Made by a program: the position numbers and the translations under genes. The notes under the pieces are model-generated. The model was not told where the DNA came from, searched no databases, and saw nothing but the letters and a program-made list of their open reading frames with translations. This document shows positions 49,001 through 61,558 of a stretch of 64,000 nucleotides of DNA, in pieces. Position 1 is the first letter of the stretch; every line of letters begins with the position of its first letter. The stretch is from Podarcis filfolensis (Eukaryota), in NCBI GenBank assembly GCA_964270895.1, contig OZ185443.1; one strand, 5' to 3'.

Positions 49001-52000
49001 CTCCGCCTTTCTTGGGGCACAACAAACACTTGGGCTGAACACCAAGAGCACAGGTTCGGCACAGCCAGCTGCCTTCTGGAACTTTTAGGATGCCATAGCA
49101 TGCCTGCCACAATGAAAAGAAGTAAAATGAAGTACGAAGCAAGAAGAATAAGAATAAGTTTATTATTTATACCCCGCTCATCTGGCTGGGTTTCCCCAGC
49201 CACTCCCAGCAGAATAGTAAAAACGCAATAAAACATCAAACATTAAAAACTTCCCTAAACAGGGCTTCATATGTCTTCTAAAAGTCAGATAGTTGTTTAT
49301 TTCCTTAACATCTGGTGAAGAGTGTTCCACAGGGCAGATGCCACTACCAAGAAGGCCCTCCGCCTGGATCCCTGCAGCTTCACTTCTCGAAGTGAAGGAA
49401 CTGCCAGAAGGCTCTCGGAGCTGGACCTCAGTGTCCGGGCTGAACAATGGGGGTGGAGACGCTCCTTCAGGTATACTGGGGCCAAGGCCATTTAGGGCTT
49501 TAAAGGTCAACACCAACACTTTGCATTGTGCTTGGAAATCCCCATGTAGAGCACATTGCAGTAGTCCAAGTGGGAGATAACCAGAGCATGTACCAATCTG
49601 GTGAGACAGTGCACAGGCAGGTAGGGGCTCAGCTGGTGTACCAGGTGGAGCTGGTAGACAGCTTCCCTGGATAATTGACCTGTGCCTCCATGGACAGTTT
49701 TGAGTCCAAAATGACTCTGGGTCTGGGAATGCTCCCTCACAGAGGGAAGGATTCACCACCCACAGAGCCCATCGCCCAGCCCTTTTTGGCTAGCTTTTTA
49801 TGAGCAGAATGGGCAAGGATAAAAGAAACAGTTGGTCGGGTTTCACTCGTCCAAGCAGCCTATCCACATCCTGAGTGGTAACAGATTGGAATTGATCCCA
49901 TGCAACTTGACTAGACAGGACTCTAGCACTCTCCCAGAAAAATGCAGCAATTATTAAAATGATAACAAATAATAAAAAGGACACTTCATTGTATGGTCTT
50001 GTTGCTAATATTTCTCTAGCACATTTGGTGGACATAACATTTGTTATAATACTCTCCTCATTCAGCCTCACAGCAAATGTGTGAACCGCAGTGCAAGCAG
50101 CTTTGACAGCCCTGTTTGGAAGAGCACCAAGCACAGGGTTAGCAAAGCTGCTTTCTACAGGGATTAGTTGCGCAGCCAACCCAGCTACATCTGTACCTGT
50201 CCCACACCTGAAATTACATATGAGGAGGAAAACAGTTTTGTGGGCCACACTGAGACTTGGACCTGTACCAAATTTAGCCTGAGGAACGGAGGTACCCCAA
50301 CCCTGCTATAAAGGATTAATTCTAACTGCTCCTGTATGATTTGTCACTAAAACAGCTTCCAATTGGTCAGGACTCCACATGACTGTGGTATCTCAGGAAC
50401 TGGCTTCCCTAACATATCAACTGAATCATGTAGAAAGCACGCCAGTACAAGCTACCGTGATTTGCGGCCAGGCTGCATGTGAAGTTAGTTTCAGATCCCC
50501 AAACATGCAGGACCATATTAGTAGTAGTAGTACACATGATACCAAGTTCATATTTGCACCTGCCTCTTAAGTTGCCCTAGACATGAGAGGTCTTACACTG
50601 CAATAGTAAGGAAACTGGAACAGGAAATAAAGAGGACTATCATAACCAGCTGTGACAGCAAAGGGAAGGCTGATTCCTGCATGGGTTAATAATTATCTCA
50701 ATTGGAGTTAAGCCAGGACTTTGAGACTAAAATAAGAGCATGACATATAAATAAGAGCATTAACTTCTATGTCCATCTGAAAGATGAGAAGGTGAAAAAA
50801 AAATAGGGGAGGTCTTCCAAGAGCACAAGTGCTACTGCTTTGGGCACTGGCTCAACCTTTGCCCAAAGGAAAGGTTGACCACAGCTGTGTCACTAACATT
50901 TCTTCTTGTCACAAACACAGGACCCCTTCAGAGGCATTTTTCTAGGCCCTGTTTCTAACTTTGTATACTTCACTGAACTCAAAATGCAATAAGAACACCT
51001 GCCAACTTATTAAAAGAGAAATATGAAAAATAATTAAAATAAACTCTAAAGTAATTTTGCAAGATAAACCATGCTCAAAAGACAGTCTTTCCTATTGGAT
51101 ATGAAAACACATGTATATGTTTTCATCCATTGCAGGACCCAAGAGACAAAATTACCCTTCTCTTGCTTATCAGGTATCATGTATGAAAGGGCATAGTTAA
51201 AACACTGGGGGGAAAACAACAACACACGGCAGACTTTTCCCTCAACAGGAAATGGCCAACCACAAAATCTGATGCATTCAAAAACTATTGTATAAATTAT
51301 CTTCTGCACCAAAAAGTATTTGTCATTTCTGCTGTGTTGGGTGGGATGCCTTGTTCACTTCCAACCATGGTCATTATAAATGAAAGTGCCCCACATTCCA
51401 CATATACTGAACACACTTGTTATTGGCATGGCTATATATGCCAGACAAAAAGATGGTGATCTTTATCAAAAAGTAGACTATGACAGCAAACAAAAGCAAA
51501 TCCAATGATCTGTCTGTGGGTCTGGGACATTTTTGAATAGATTAAATTGAAAAATGAATAAAATGAGGATGACAGCTCTACATTTTTTTCCCAGGAAATT
51601 GATGCACTATGCAAACAGAATGTCTGCCTACTTGCGTGATATATTTTATTTATTGATCATCTCAAGAAGAGAGCTGCCTACAGAAGCTTTTCCATATATG
51701 TATTTGGATGGTGCAACATTACTACTGGGAGCTGCTAGCTAGTTGGTACATGACTAGCACTGGATTGGGCCCTTATGTTACTTTGGCTATGCCTACCAAA
51801 AAAAAAAAAAAAAAAAAGAGCAGCACACAAAGTGGCAGATTTTCCGAAAAACAGGAATATGTGGGAACCAAATGGATAGGTAATGTCAGAAACATGAGAG
51901 ATGCTAGAAAATACATATGCTTATTGTTAAATGAGCCCAATGTGTTTTGGCTCATTTATACAGAGCTTATCTGTATAAAGTAGAACACTTCCTAAACCAC

Positions 52001-55000
52001 AAATAAAAAGCCTTGTAAGAGCATTTAAAATAGTTATGCATAATTGTAGAAACCTCGTTTTCAAGCCAAATTAAGAGGTCAAAAACCATCAGTTTCAAAG
52101 ACCTTGAAGGGCAAAAGCTCTTAAGAAGCCCTCCTCAAACCGCAGAACTAAATACTTGCAAGCAAACCCAGGTTTTTGAGAAATGAAAGAAAGCAGAAAT
52201 CACCCACAAATTACCAACCACTTGATTCACTCTAAGGATGTTTTTGAGCAGTTAGGAAAGGATGTTTGTATGGGCTACAAGATATGGCTGGTTCTAGTTA
52301 AAACAGGTTTTCTTTCTGTTAATTTGACTTGAAAATGAGGTTTCAATGACATATTGTATTTTAAAAGCCTTTTAAAGGCTTTTTATGTGTGGTTTAGCAA
52401 CAGATAAGCCCTCGAAGAAAGCACTGGAGCTGAAGCATGTCAGGCTAATTTAACAACAAACACACATTCTTTACAGCATCTTTAAGATTCATTTCTCTTT
52501 TCTATTTACACTATTGGTTGCATCCTGTTTTTTCTGTATGAAGAAGAAGAAGAAGAAAAAGAACAACAACAACAACACTGGGTGGTTCCCAGCATAAAAA
52601 TGCAAAATGGAAACAAAAAAGACATAATAGAACAAAAACAAACCAATAACCCACCACAAAGACACTTAAAGGCCCATAGAATGTTAATCAGCCAAAGGCT
52701 TGGTTACAGAGAAAGGTTTTCGCCAGGCACCTAAAGATATGTAATGAAGGTGCCAGGCGAGCCTCCCTGGGGAGAGCATTCCACAACTAGGGAGCCACCA
52801 CAGAAAAGGCCCATACTCCAGTTGTCATCCTTCAAACCTCTCATGGAGAAGGCACACAAAGACAAAACATCACTTAGACATGCAAGAAACAAAGGTAATG
52901 ATTTAAAAATTTAGAAACCCACTAAATGGGGCAACTTAACCATCCTGTCTGAATTTTCTGTGATTTTAAGACACCATCTCTCTATGCATCCCTATACCTT
53001 TGCCTCAATATATGCTTCTACCTACTATTCCCATACATCCTAAAAAAGCACCCAAGGCTTATGAAATCCTCATCACCTCCTTCTTATCACGGTGAAATCT
53101 AAACAAACTACTCTCAATTCCAATTATTATTGCATCTGGCTGCTGTACCTGATGAACGCAAATATTGCATTTGTCACAGAACACCATCTCATTGCCATCT
53201 TCACCATCTGGAGACTGGCAAACGTCACAGACAACATCCTCATCATACTCAATTCCAAGCCCTTCCTCGGTCTCGATAGCATGATTCATGTTGTCATAGC
53301 ATCGCTGTTCAAATTCTTCCATGACTCTCTCCATAGTGTATTCATCCAGTTCAGGCATCCCTGGGAAATCAATCCAATGACGTTTGCTTTTAATATAATA
53401 GAGACATTGAGGGACACAGCTTCCTTTATCAATCTACAAGTAACCAGATCACTTTATTAACATTGAACAACTGATCAAGTGAGTTATTTACAATTTCACG
53501 TACCTTCAAAATAATCTGCTGAAAGGCATCCATTAGATAACAATAACAAAAGCCCAGAAAAAGTGTGCATCAATACAGTACGGTTCTTGTTTATTGCCAG
53601 TAAACACACATACTGGACAAAACAAAACTTTAAACCCAAGCGTAGCATATTGATTTTGCAGTGGATGGTTGAAAATCTCATACAAACGTTTTATTTCAAG
53701 GTATTCAGCTTTTTAAAGAGCCAGCTGCTCCTGGGGCTATTTTGCCAACTATTACTACGTTTTTATAAGGTGCTCTGCAGAACTGCACACCTTCATAAGG
53801 GGTAAAATATTCATTTTGTAAGGGAACATACTGCTCTTCACTTCAGACCATTTGTCTAATTTTAGCCATTTCACAGTTGACTCTTAAGCCTTCTTAATTG
53901 CTGAATAAATTCCAGATGCTTTTTGAAAGACTATTTGGTTTCAACAATGAATTGCTGCTACAGAATAAAATGTAACAATAAAATAAAATAAAATAAATGC
54001 ATGATACAATTGTCAGAAGTCCAAGACAATGTTGCCATAAGTTAGCAGGGCCAAGAGGTGAATGTCACTATAGCAGTTCAATTTTTTCCATCAGTTCTAG
54101 GGAAACCTGAAGGGTTTGGAAGCTTCTGAAGTCCCCAAACAACTCTAGACTGTTTTAAAAATACCATTCACTTTTCTATTAATACATTTAAAGATAAGAT
54201 GGAATTGGCTTTCCTGACACATTTCCTTTTTCCACTTCCTTCACATTAATCTAAGAATTAGAGCTTTGAGATGGCTGTTGCCTTGCCACCCAACAAAAAT
54301 AGTGTTGACATTTATGCTGTTTTTCTTTCCCCTCAGTTCTCCACCCCTCTCTCCTCCACATGCAGGGATATACAACTTGCTTCTGAGCATTCCTATCCTT
54401 CTCCTTTTCTCTCTGGAAGCTACAAGTGCACCATATGAATTGGCAGATGCACTACAACCACCCCAGACTGCTCCCTGTCACTTGTCTCACAGCTCAGCCA
54501 AAAGCTGGCCGTAACTGGATGTTGCACTCACCCATCTCTTTGAATTCTTCATTAGCCAGTTCCAACCATGCTACGTCCATGAAATTAAGGTCATAGCGAC
54601 AGACGCTCTCTGCCAAGGTCCGAATGTCGACGTAGCCAAGCTCAGGGGGCTCAGAACCCGAAGAAAGGATGTACTTCCGAGGTCTTGTAAATATGACTGC
54701 TTTTGTCTCAGATACAACCCTGAAAGTATACCGAACAGGAGGTGTTAATTACACCAGGGTGCAATCCTCCTTAAAGCGGTGAAACCTCCATTCTCCAATG
54801 CAATTACTGCCAGAGGCTTCAAATTGCTATGCAGCAAAATAATGGTAATAACAACAACAGAAAAAGATCATCTGCCAATATTGTAGCACCAGAGGGATGC
54901 ACGTCTGCAGAAATAAAAATACATATTTTATTATTTATTGAAAGCATCTATATCCCATTTTTTCCATTTAAAATTACCCTCAAGTTACCTTACAACATAC

Positions 55001-57949
55001 CATATTTATGAGAATCTAATGCGCCATCAAATCTAATGCGCACCTCAATTTTCAAAACCTTGAAACCAAAAGGGTATTTGCTAGCGCCATCAAATCTAAT
55101 GTGCACCCTAATTTGGGGGATGTAATTTGGCCCCAAAAGTTGTGCATTGCATTAGAATACAGTATTTAAATTGACACCAGTGTCTGAATAATACATACCC
55201 GAGAAAAATAACACAAAAATGATACTTTAAAAAAAAAACTAATATGGAGGGAGAAACGTCACTCAAACAGAACACCAGTTCATGTAAATTACAACTGAAT
55301 TATTCTATTATTCTAGAAACTACAAAGTTAGTACTGTAATCCATGTACTGAGAGACTGCATGGTCAGTAGATGATAGATGTTCTGGGGGTATAAAAAAAA
55401 ACCAGTCAATGTTTCTCCATCTTCTGCTGTCAACAGTGACGCGGCACAGAGTGACAAATGGTGTAAAAATGCAAGTCATAGTGCCACAGACCTCTCACAC
55501 AAGGATTCCCATGAAATCAATAGATTTCCTCCTTCCCACCATGACCAAATTGTACCAAATGGAGAGGAAAAGTTGGATGAGGAATTGGAAGGTGTGAGTT
55601 GACCTCCCATTTCTTCCAGCAGTCTGTTGTACTGCTTATGCACTGTGCCAGGGGAGAGAAGGCGAACAAGATTATATTCAGCCTACAGGAATTCTCCATA
55701 TGTGGATGCCTATACATGGAACTGTATAGGCATCTACATATTCTGTATGTTGACTTTATGGAATCTGCCACAAGCCCCAAAGTTCAACAAAACGTAAGAA
55801 CACTAAATAGTGTTCTGGAAATTTAGGAATTGTCTTCTGTAGTTATACTATTGTGACAGGAAGAAGATGTCTGCAAAAATTCCTTATCTTTTGCCTTATC
55901 TAAAAGATGCAAGCATGAAAGTGTAAAAATAGGAAAATGGGGGGATACAACACAGTCAAAACAGCAATTTGGTTTCTTAGATGTACTGCTGCGGTTAAAA
56001 TCAATGATTTTATGAATGTTTATAAGCCACTCTTTTTCTGTGTGAATCTAAACTGGGGATGGGGAACCTGTGCCCTTCAGATATGGCTGGACTACAACTC
56101 CCACCATTCCTGCCCACTGGCAAAGCTGGCTGGGGCTGATGGGAGATAAGAGTCACAGGTTCTCCACCTCTGGCCTAAATTAAAAGCATCAGATTTACAC
56201 TGCTTGGGAAAAGACTTTGATATGACCAAAACTAGGTTTAGAATACAGGCCATACTGCATTTTTAGCATTAATTATGCAATCACAGATCTACTTCATAAC
56301 ACGAGACTGCATTTCAAAGTTGGAAGTTAACGGAGGCTGCAGTCACATGAAAGAATCATGGGGCAATACTCATGACAGGAACAAGGGCTAGAGGTTACAG
56401 ACATAAAATTCCATAGTTATCTGGAATTTTTCAAAAAGAAGCTTTCAGAAAGAAACCTTTTGCTTGCTGTGAGTTAAGGCCAGGTTGGAGCAACTTTGCC
56501 CCCCTCCCATGTTTTTCAACTACCATCAGCCCCAGCCACCACAGTGAAGGGTCAGGGATGGTGGGAATTTAACAACTCCTGAGCCAATGGGAGGATGCTT
56601 CCCTATTCTTTATGTCTAGGTTCAGTGGCGAAACATTTAGCCTTCTGGACTTTGAATACAGAAATCTGAACTGGGGCTTTGTGGGTGGGTCTTCATATAC
56701 AGAAGGTCCCAGATTCAATTTCCAGCATGTCCAGTTAAAAGAAATCAGATAAAATGTGATGGGAAAGACCTCTGCCTAAGACCTTGGAGAACTGCTGCCA
56801 GTCAAGAGTCACAATACTGGGTGAGACAGAAGGGCAAAGAGTCTCATTTAGTATAAGCCAGCTTTGTTCGATCTGCTACTTAAAACAAATTGCATAAAGC
56901 AGGAAAATCTGTACCAATGTACACACTTTCCAATGTGACTTCATTTTGGCGGGACATTCAAGAATTTAGAATTTTGCATAGCATTTATTGCTACAGTAAT
57001 TGGTTCAACTGTATATAGGTAGCACTAGGATTTCTAGAAAAACAAATGGGAGACCAGCACAAGAGAAAATGACTAGATCACAGGGAGTTCTGAAAATTGG
57101 ACTTAGTGCAAGTCAACCATCATGATCACCAGAAGTAAAATCTATCCTTGTAAACATGCCATTAAAAAAATATCAACATTTAACCGGTGCTTGCTGGCAT
57201 TCCTTGGCAACAATGAGAGATAAAAACCTGTTGCATTTTAAAGAAAGTCAAAATCACAATGATTCTCAAAAAGGATGTATTAACTTTTTTTAAAAGCAAA
57301 AATATATCCATGGAACAGTTTGTTAAGTTCAAACCACATCCTAGCCAGAGTCACTGATGACTGCTCCACTTCCAGATTTTTTTTGGGGGGGATAGTGGCA
57401 CAATAGAAGCAAGTAACTCATTAAAGTGCTGTGATTACTTTCCTAGAATGTCTGAGTAGGCAGCACACAAATGTTCCGTTAGGAAGAACTCATTTTCAAA
57501 TAGGAAACAGGAGTCCTCCTTCTGCCAGCATGTATTGTTATAAGTAAGCACTCAGTCTGGGATGTGATGTCCTTAATTCACAAGTTGATTCGCTGGTGGG
57601 AAAGGCCTGACTTTCATCTGCTACACTTTCCTGGGGCAAAATCAGTTGACTAGGATGGGTAACCTTTTAATCAGCAGAGTGGAACCCAAGTCAACAGGTG
57701 GTCTGCTTTTTAGTAAGCAACCCAACAGGCTGCTGAAAGGTGATGCTGACAGACAGCTGTTTTGTTTCCTAATGGGTTCACCAAGTTATACCTGGCTACT
57801 GGCTCTGGAATGGTCCCCGGACTGACTGGCACCTGAACTCCTTTCTCCCATTCCTGTCTCCAAGGGTCTGCCAGCACATAGTACTCATCCGGGTTCAGCT
57901 GGAAGGAATCAGGCAGCTTCATGGCAGTGATCAGGTCTGTTCTAAATAC
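33191..57949 (-). CDS. JADE1: Jade family PHD finger 1 (PHF17; HBO1/KAT7 complex scaffold with EPC-like and PZP domains), long isoform, 5'-partial, 8 exons
   Basis: complement(join(33191..34089,39608..39725,41903..42433,48206..48322,48936..49103,53149..53360,54532..54719,57792..57949)) = 2391 nt, 796 aa plus stop. All introns are GT-AG with consistent phases. It has PHD1 CDVC...CVHQACYG, a Zn knuckle, PHD2, and the C-terminus [13 protein letters not shown] typical of JADE1. Adjacency to SCLT1 also fits JADE1 rather than JADE2/3. Confidence 0.97.
34150..36496 (+). mobile_element. 5'-truncated non-LTR retrotransposon (RT ORF with frameshifts and stops; RTE-X-like), antisense in the last JADE1 intron
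   Basis: RT motifs [48 protein letters not shown] and YADD (35183-35194). C-terminal CPC..ETLTH....C motif. 3' end AATAAA (36475-36480) plus short (GAT)n tail. TSD ATTTTTGA at 34142-34149 and 36497-36504. Confidence 0.93.
39608..39725 (-). CDS. JADE1: JADE1 exon ([26 protein letters not shown]...ERASG)
   Basis: ttttag acceptor, gtgagt donor; 118 nt. Confidence 0.96.
39932..40171. mobile_element. TA-flanked Tc1/mariner-type MITE with CpG-rich core
   Basis: Left end CAGTGGTACCT, right end AGGTATGACTG, TA on both flanks; core differs from the 4354/16141 family. Confidence 0.8.
40203..40483 (+). mobile_element. L2-type LINE 3' end
   Basis: Reverse complement of the 27181/49150 family; ends GGGTATAAATAATAAAAATA. 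Confidence 0.8.
40490..41100 (-). mobile_element. Degenerate CR1-type LINE fragment (RT to 3' region)
   Basis: CR1-like blocks such as CAAAACTGTACACAATATTCCA and CACATTTGCCATTTTACTGCCCA; recognised by pattern, no alignment run. Confidence 0.6.
41903..42433 (-). CDS. JADE1: JADE1 exon ([16 protein letters not shown]...[10 protein letters not shown])
   Basis: ctacag acceptor, gtaagt donor; 531 nt. Confidence 0.97.
46980..47275 (-). mobile_element. CR1-type LINE 3' end
   Basis: AGAACATAAC tail, TTTAAAGCCATCCAAGTTGGTGGTC...GAATTCCATAG; similar to 5472-5788. Confidence 0.6.
47833..47974. repeat. Short palindromic MITE-like repeat (related copies near 6740-6848, 25875-25955, 56052-56172, 56480-56610)
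   Basis: Shared core GGACTACAACTCC..CATCCCTG.CC..TGG..ATGCTG.CTGGGGCTGAT. Confidence 0.6.
48206..48322 (-). CDS. JADE1: JADE1 exon ([39 protein letters not shown])
   Basis: tcttag acceptor, gtaaat donor; 117 nt; absent from the ORF track. Confidence 0.96.
48490..48660 (-). mobile_element. Degenerate tRNA/CORE-type SINE
   Basis: Reverse B-box GGAATTTGAACCCAG and CATAACAAC..TGAGGTAG block similar to 790-1002. Confidence 0.5.
48936..49103 (-). CDS. JADE1: JADE1 exon ([18 protein letters not shown]...[12 protein letters not shown])
   Basis: tggcag acceptor, gtgggt donor; 168 nt. Confidence 0.97.
49150..49915 (-). mobile_element. L2-type LINE remnant with internal deletions
   Basis: 3' tail at about 49150; ORF2 motif [17 protein letters not shown] (about 49620-49560); upstream piece [21 protein letters not shown] (about 49900-49840). 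Confidence 0.8.
52500..52860 (-). mobile_element. L2-type LINE 3' fragment containing (AAG)n(AAC)n
   Basis: GAGAGCATTCCACAACTAGGGAGCCACCACAGAAAAGGCCC block resembles the L2 3' end. Confidence 0.55.
53149..53360 (-). CDS. JADE1: JADE1 exon ([11 protein letters not shown]...[27 protein letters not shown]), start of PHD1
   Basis: ttcccag acceptor, gtacag donor; 212 nt. Confidence 0.97.
54532..54719 (-). CDS. JADE1: JADE1 exon ([17 protein letters not shown]...CRYDL...EEFKEMG)
   Basis: ctttcag acceptor, gtgagt donor; 188 nt; absent from the ORF track. Confidence 0.95.
55000..55162. mobile_element. Tc2/pogo-like MITE
   Basis: TA-flanked, ends CCATATTT / AATACAG; internal direct repeat GCGCCATCAAATCTAATG at 55021 and 55084. 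Confidence 0.55.
56690..56865 (+). mobile_element. tRNA-derived SINE, degenerate
   Basis: B-box-like AGAAGGTCCCAGATTCAATTTCC, body CTGGAGA/TGCTGCCAGTC, tail GTATAAG.CAGCTT. Confidence 0.55.
57792..57949 (-). CDS. JADE1: JADE1 exon ([12 protein letters not shown]...GTIPEPVAR)
   Basis: tttgcag acceptor, gtataa donor; 158 nt. Confidence 0.96.
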
Positions 57950-58570
57950 CTGCAAAGAAAGGAAGTGAGAATGGGGGAGGGATGAGACACTGATATTTGA
58001 TATTTACAGTCTATGATTCACAGCTCCTGGGTAACCATGGAGCATGGTGCACAACAAGGTCACCAACACTGCCAATTAAGAGGCCAGAAAGTTAAACTAC
58101 ATCATCATGCTGAAACAGAGAACTGAAAAATACAGTATGGACATGGGGCCCATAGTTCAAGTTGCCTTTGTCAAATCACATGACACAATCAAGTTGCTGC
58201 GCAAATGGATAATCAGTTCTCGTCAATTTCAACAGGAAGTGCAAAAACTCAAAATATCCCTAAATATAACCCCAGCACAAGGAGTTGTATCCCAAGATGA
58301 GAGAGCCTAATTCTTTCCCTTGTGAAGCTTGCTAGTGTCTGTACATCTAGTAGCTAAAAGGGAGAAGAGGGAGAAATATGTAATTTCAGCATCTTGTTTA
58401 CTGGGATCCTCATTTCAAGAGATCTCCCATACTTCACATGGTCAGAGCCCAGAGATGATATTTCAATAGCCAAGTGTTACAGCATCTTTACACTCTGCAT
58501 CTTCAATATCCCAGGCTCAATCCCCAACACATGTAGATAAAAAAAATATGCCACAGCTACCAGTCAGGAC

Positions 58571-59706
58571 TAGGGCTGTGCGATAAATCACCATATCATT
58601 GAATACCGGTATTGAAATAACACCTGATAAGTGTTTCAACATGGCAATATACCGGGGAACAGATTTGACAGCTTCCCAGGGGGTAGCTCAGCCCCAACCA
58701 TACTTTACAGATAGTTTGCAAGTACAATGTCTCCTGCTTTGTTTGTTCTCTTCCTCCTACCTATAAGAAATGATTATAAGTCCTCACACAAACCAGCAAA
58801 GTCTTTCAGCTTCACCCATATCTTTCCACTTAAGAGCTCAACTAATTATGCAGAGCCGGCTAACAATCCAGGAGGGACCCCCCTCAGCTAGATAATCAAA
58901 GATCCAGCAGCAAAGTAAACAAAGAACATAAACAAAGAACTGGAAAGCACTTCCTTCTTCCCTCACACTCACCCCCACCGGTGGAAAAAAAGAAGCGGAA
59001 GAGTTTTTATTTTTATTTTCTGGTGGTATTTACGTTGTTGGTTCCCCCTAAATAGCTTTCTTCCATACTAAAAAGGAAGGTGTGTTTTTTAAAAAAATTA
59101 AAGGAGACTATCTTTTTCCTTTGTTGCCCTCCCCTTTGATAAAAAGGGAGACATTGGTGGGATAAGGACTTGGGGGGGGGGCTTCTGTGGGGGGGGGGTG
59201 GAGGGGAGAAGATATAGCTGGCTGCCTTATGCTGAAATGGGAGGTTGGGTACTATGCGAGAATGATAGGGAGGGTATTTTTCAGTAAGCAGTGCAAGAGA
59301 AAGTAGAAGTTTAGTTGAACTCAGTGGGGCTTATGCATGCAAAGATTCCACTTAGACCTCTGAGTGGGGAAGCAGATGCAACTTGACTAGTAAATCACTT
59401 AAACTACTCTTAAATTAGTTGAAACTATATTACAGTATATGGAAGTTTATTTAAATTTTTTATTGCTTCCTTACATCTTAAGGCCCTCCACCACTGTGGG
59501 GAGACTCAGCAAAGCCCTCTGCAGCTGCGGGGAAGCGCAGCGCACCCTCCAGTGCTGTGGGGAGGTATGGTGGGACCCTCTGCTACCGCGGGGAGCCCCA
59601 GCAAGGCCCTCCGCCACTGCAGGTATATATCATGATATATCAATATTTTGTGGTGTTTAGCTGTTGGTATATTGTGATGTTGAAATCCAGATAATGCCCA
59701 GCCCTA
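58571..59706. mobile_element. Non-autonomous hAT-type DNA transposon, 1136 bp
   Basis: TIRs TAGGGCTG(T/G)GC; perfect 8-bp TSD GTCAGGAC at 58563-58570 and 59707-59714; no transposase ORF. Confidence 0.88.
59480..59623. repeat. Degenerate 31-bp minisatellite (about 4.7 units)
   Basis: Units start at 59480, 59511, 59542, 59572, 59603; core CCCTC..C.CTG.GGGGA. Confidence 0.8.
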
Positions 59707-61489
59707 GTCAGGACAAAGAATACTGGGCAAAATGGACCATTGAGCAGATCAGTAAAAAGCATCTCCTTAAATCTCTGCAAACCACTGATCCATTATTTTG
59801 GGAATTCTGAATTAAATACTGTTAAAAGTTTCTCAAAAGTTATCAACTTTGTTAAGGGTCAGAATGTACATACAATGTGATTGGCAGAAGGCAGTGCAGA
59901 CAGCAGCAAAGTAAATATGTCTAGAATTTGTCCATCATACACTTTCCGCAACAGAATCTGATGGAGGGATCACATTGGCTTCTTTTGATCCAATCTCTCT
60001 AACTCTGCTTCTCCTATGAGCCAGTTGCAGTAACAAAAATACTTGCATGGGAGCAGCATGCATTTGTATCAAGACTCTTGGACTTATTACCTACTAAAGA
60101 TAATTTCTGAAGGTGGTTTTAAGACAACCATTTTGCATGGGAGTTATGATGTTTTAATGCATCCTTTTGTGGTGAAAGCTAATCTTTAATACATCAAGCA
60201 GGCACACTCTGATTTTCAGTTCTAACAAAGGTCCCACGCAGAAATGCCCTGAACACTTCACATATGCAGCTGTAAACACATAGGCTCCCTGTTCAGAGCT
60301 TCCACCAAAGGCACAGGGGTTTAGAGGAGCAGAGCCAGCAAGACATTTGGGGTGGCCAGTGACAGCAACCCTGCTCTCCTTGCACATGCTCAGTGAGACA
60401 CATGAGTGACATTTATGAGTAGAACCCAAGGGGAGGCACCTTCCTACAAAGTACACCCTATCAGATGTTGACTAACATGTAAAAAAAGTCACAGCCTAAG
60501 ATCACATCACCAGTTGCATTTCAGTTCACTCCTATGTGGCACAGCTGGTAACAGCAAGACTTGCACCCATTCTAACAGATATAATAAGGCAGAGTATAAA
60601 TCTGCACCAGTGATCATGGAAGTAGCATCTCTGCAGAATCTCAGCCACCATGAAAATGAAACTCAGGAGGATACAGGATATGAGCAGGTCACAATGCATT
60701 TGAGATGAACAACCATGTACATCCATTTAAGAATCAACACCACAAAAAATGCTGTAGACCAAACTGGCCACCAGAGGACATGCTACATATGCTGGGTCTC
60801 ACAGTTTAAACCAAAATATCAGCCAGGAAAGTTCATAGCCAATATATATCCAATGCTTACCACCTGAAGCAACATCTGCCATCCAGATTTACAACTGTTT
60901 GTAGCTATGGTTCAAACTGTGCTTTGAACGTGAATGATTTCTGAAACTAGTAAAACATCTTGGGAAGTTGTAGGAAGTTATCAGCCACAAGCAAGCAGGG
61001 AAAGGGTCCCTAACCCAGCATGTGTCATGAGTTAAAGCCATACATCTTTGCGGAAAGCACTTGCCTGTGTGCAACGCAATCTGATTTGTCGCTGCTCATC
61101 AGCAAAATACAAACCATGAAGTGGCAGGCTTTAAAAGAGCAAGGCTTTGCATGCCTAAGCACCTTCCAGATCTCTCAATGCGCTTCTGCTATTACAAAGT
61201 AACAAGGATCATTCATGCTTAGCACCTCATCTTCAAATCTCTATATTAACTGCCACATGCCAACAGAAGGGTATTTATCTGGAGTTTTAAAGGTGCTGGG
61301 GCAGGAGGGAGGAAGAAGCGAGCCCAGATGGCTTTGCTACAAACAGAGTGCCTGAATCAGTCCATGCAGTACCAGCAAGACCTCTAAAATAGTCTGAAGA
61401 CTCATCAGTTTATGGCCAGTGCAGTCAGCAAGGCACACAGCCAGCACCACTTCACACGCTTATAAAGCAGAAACAGGTTGACCAGGATG

Positions 61490-61494
<5 letters not shown>

Positions 61495-61554
<60 letters not shown>

Positions 61555-61558
61555 TGTG
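61495..61558. repeat. (TC)n(TG)n compound microsatellite
   Basis: Direct read. Confidence 0.97.

Noticed and set aside
49790-50248. 152-aa minus-strand ORF (MAHKTVFLL...) with an AG acceptor-like site at 50208
   Set aside because: No recognisable homology. Its 3' third is L2 remnant, the candidate donor (gtgtcc) is weak, and the long frame is out of phase with the upstream JADE1 exon. At most a poison-exon candidate, unsupported without RNA data.
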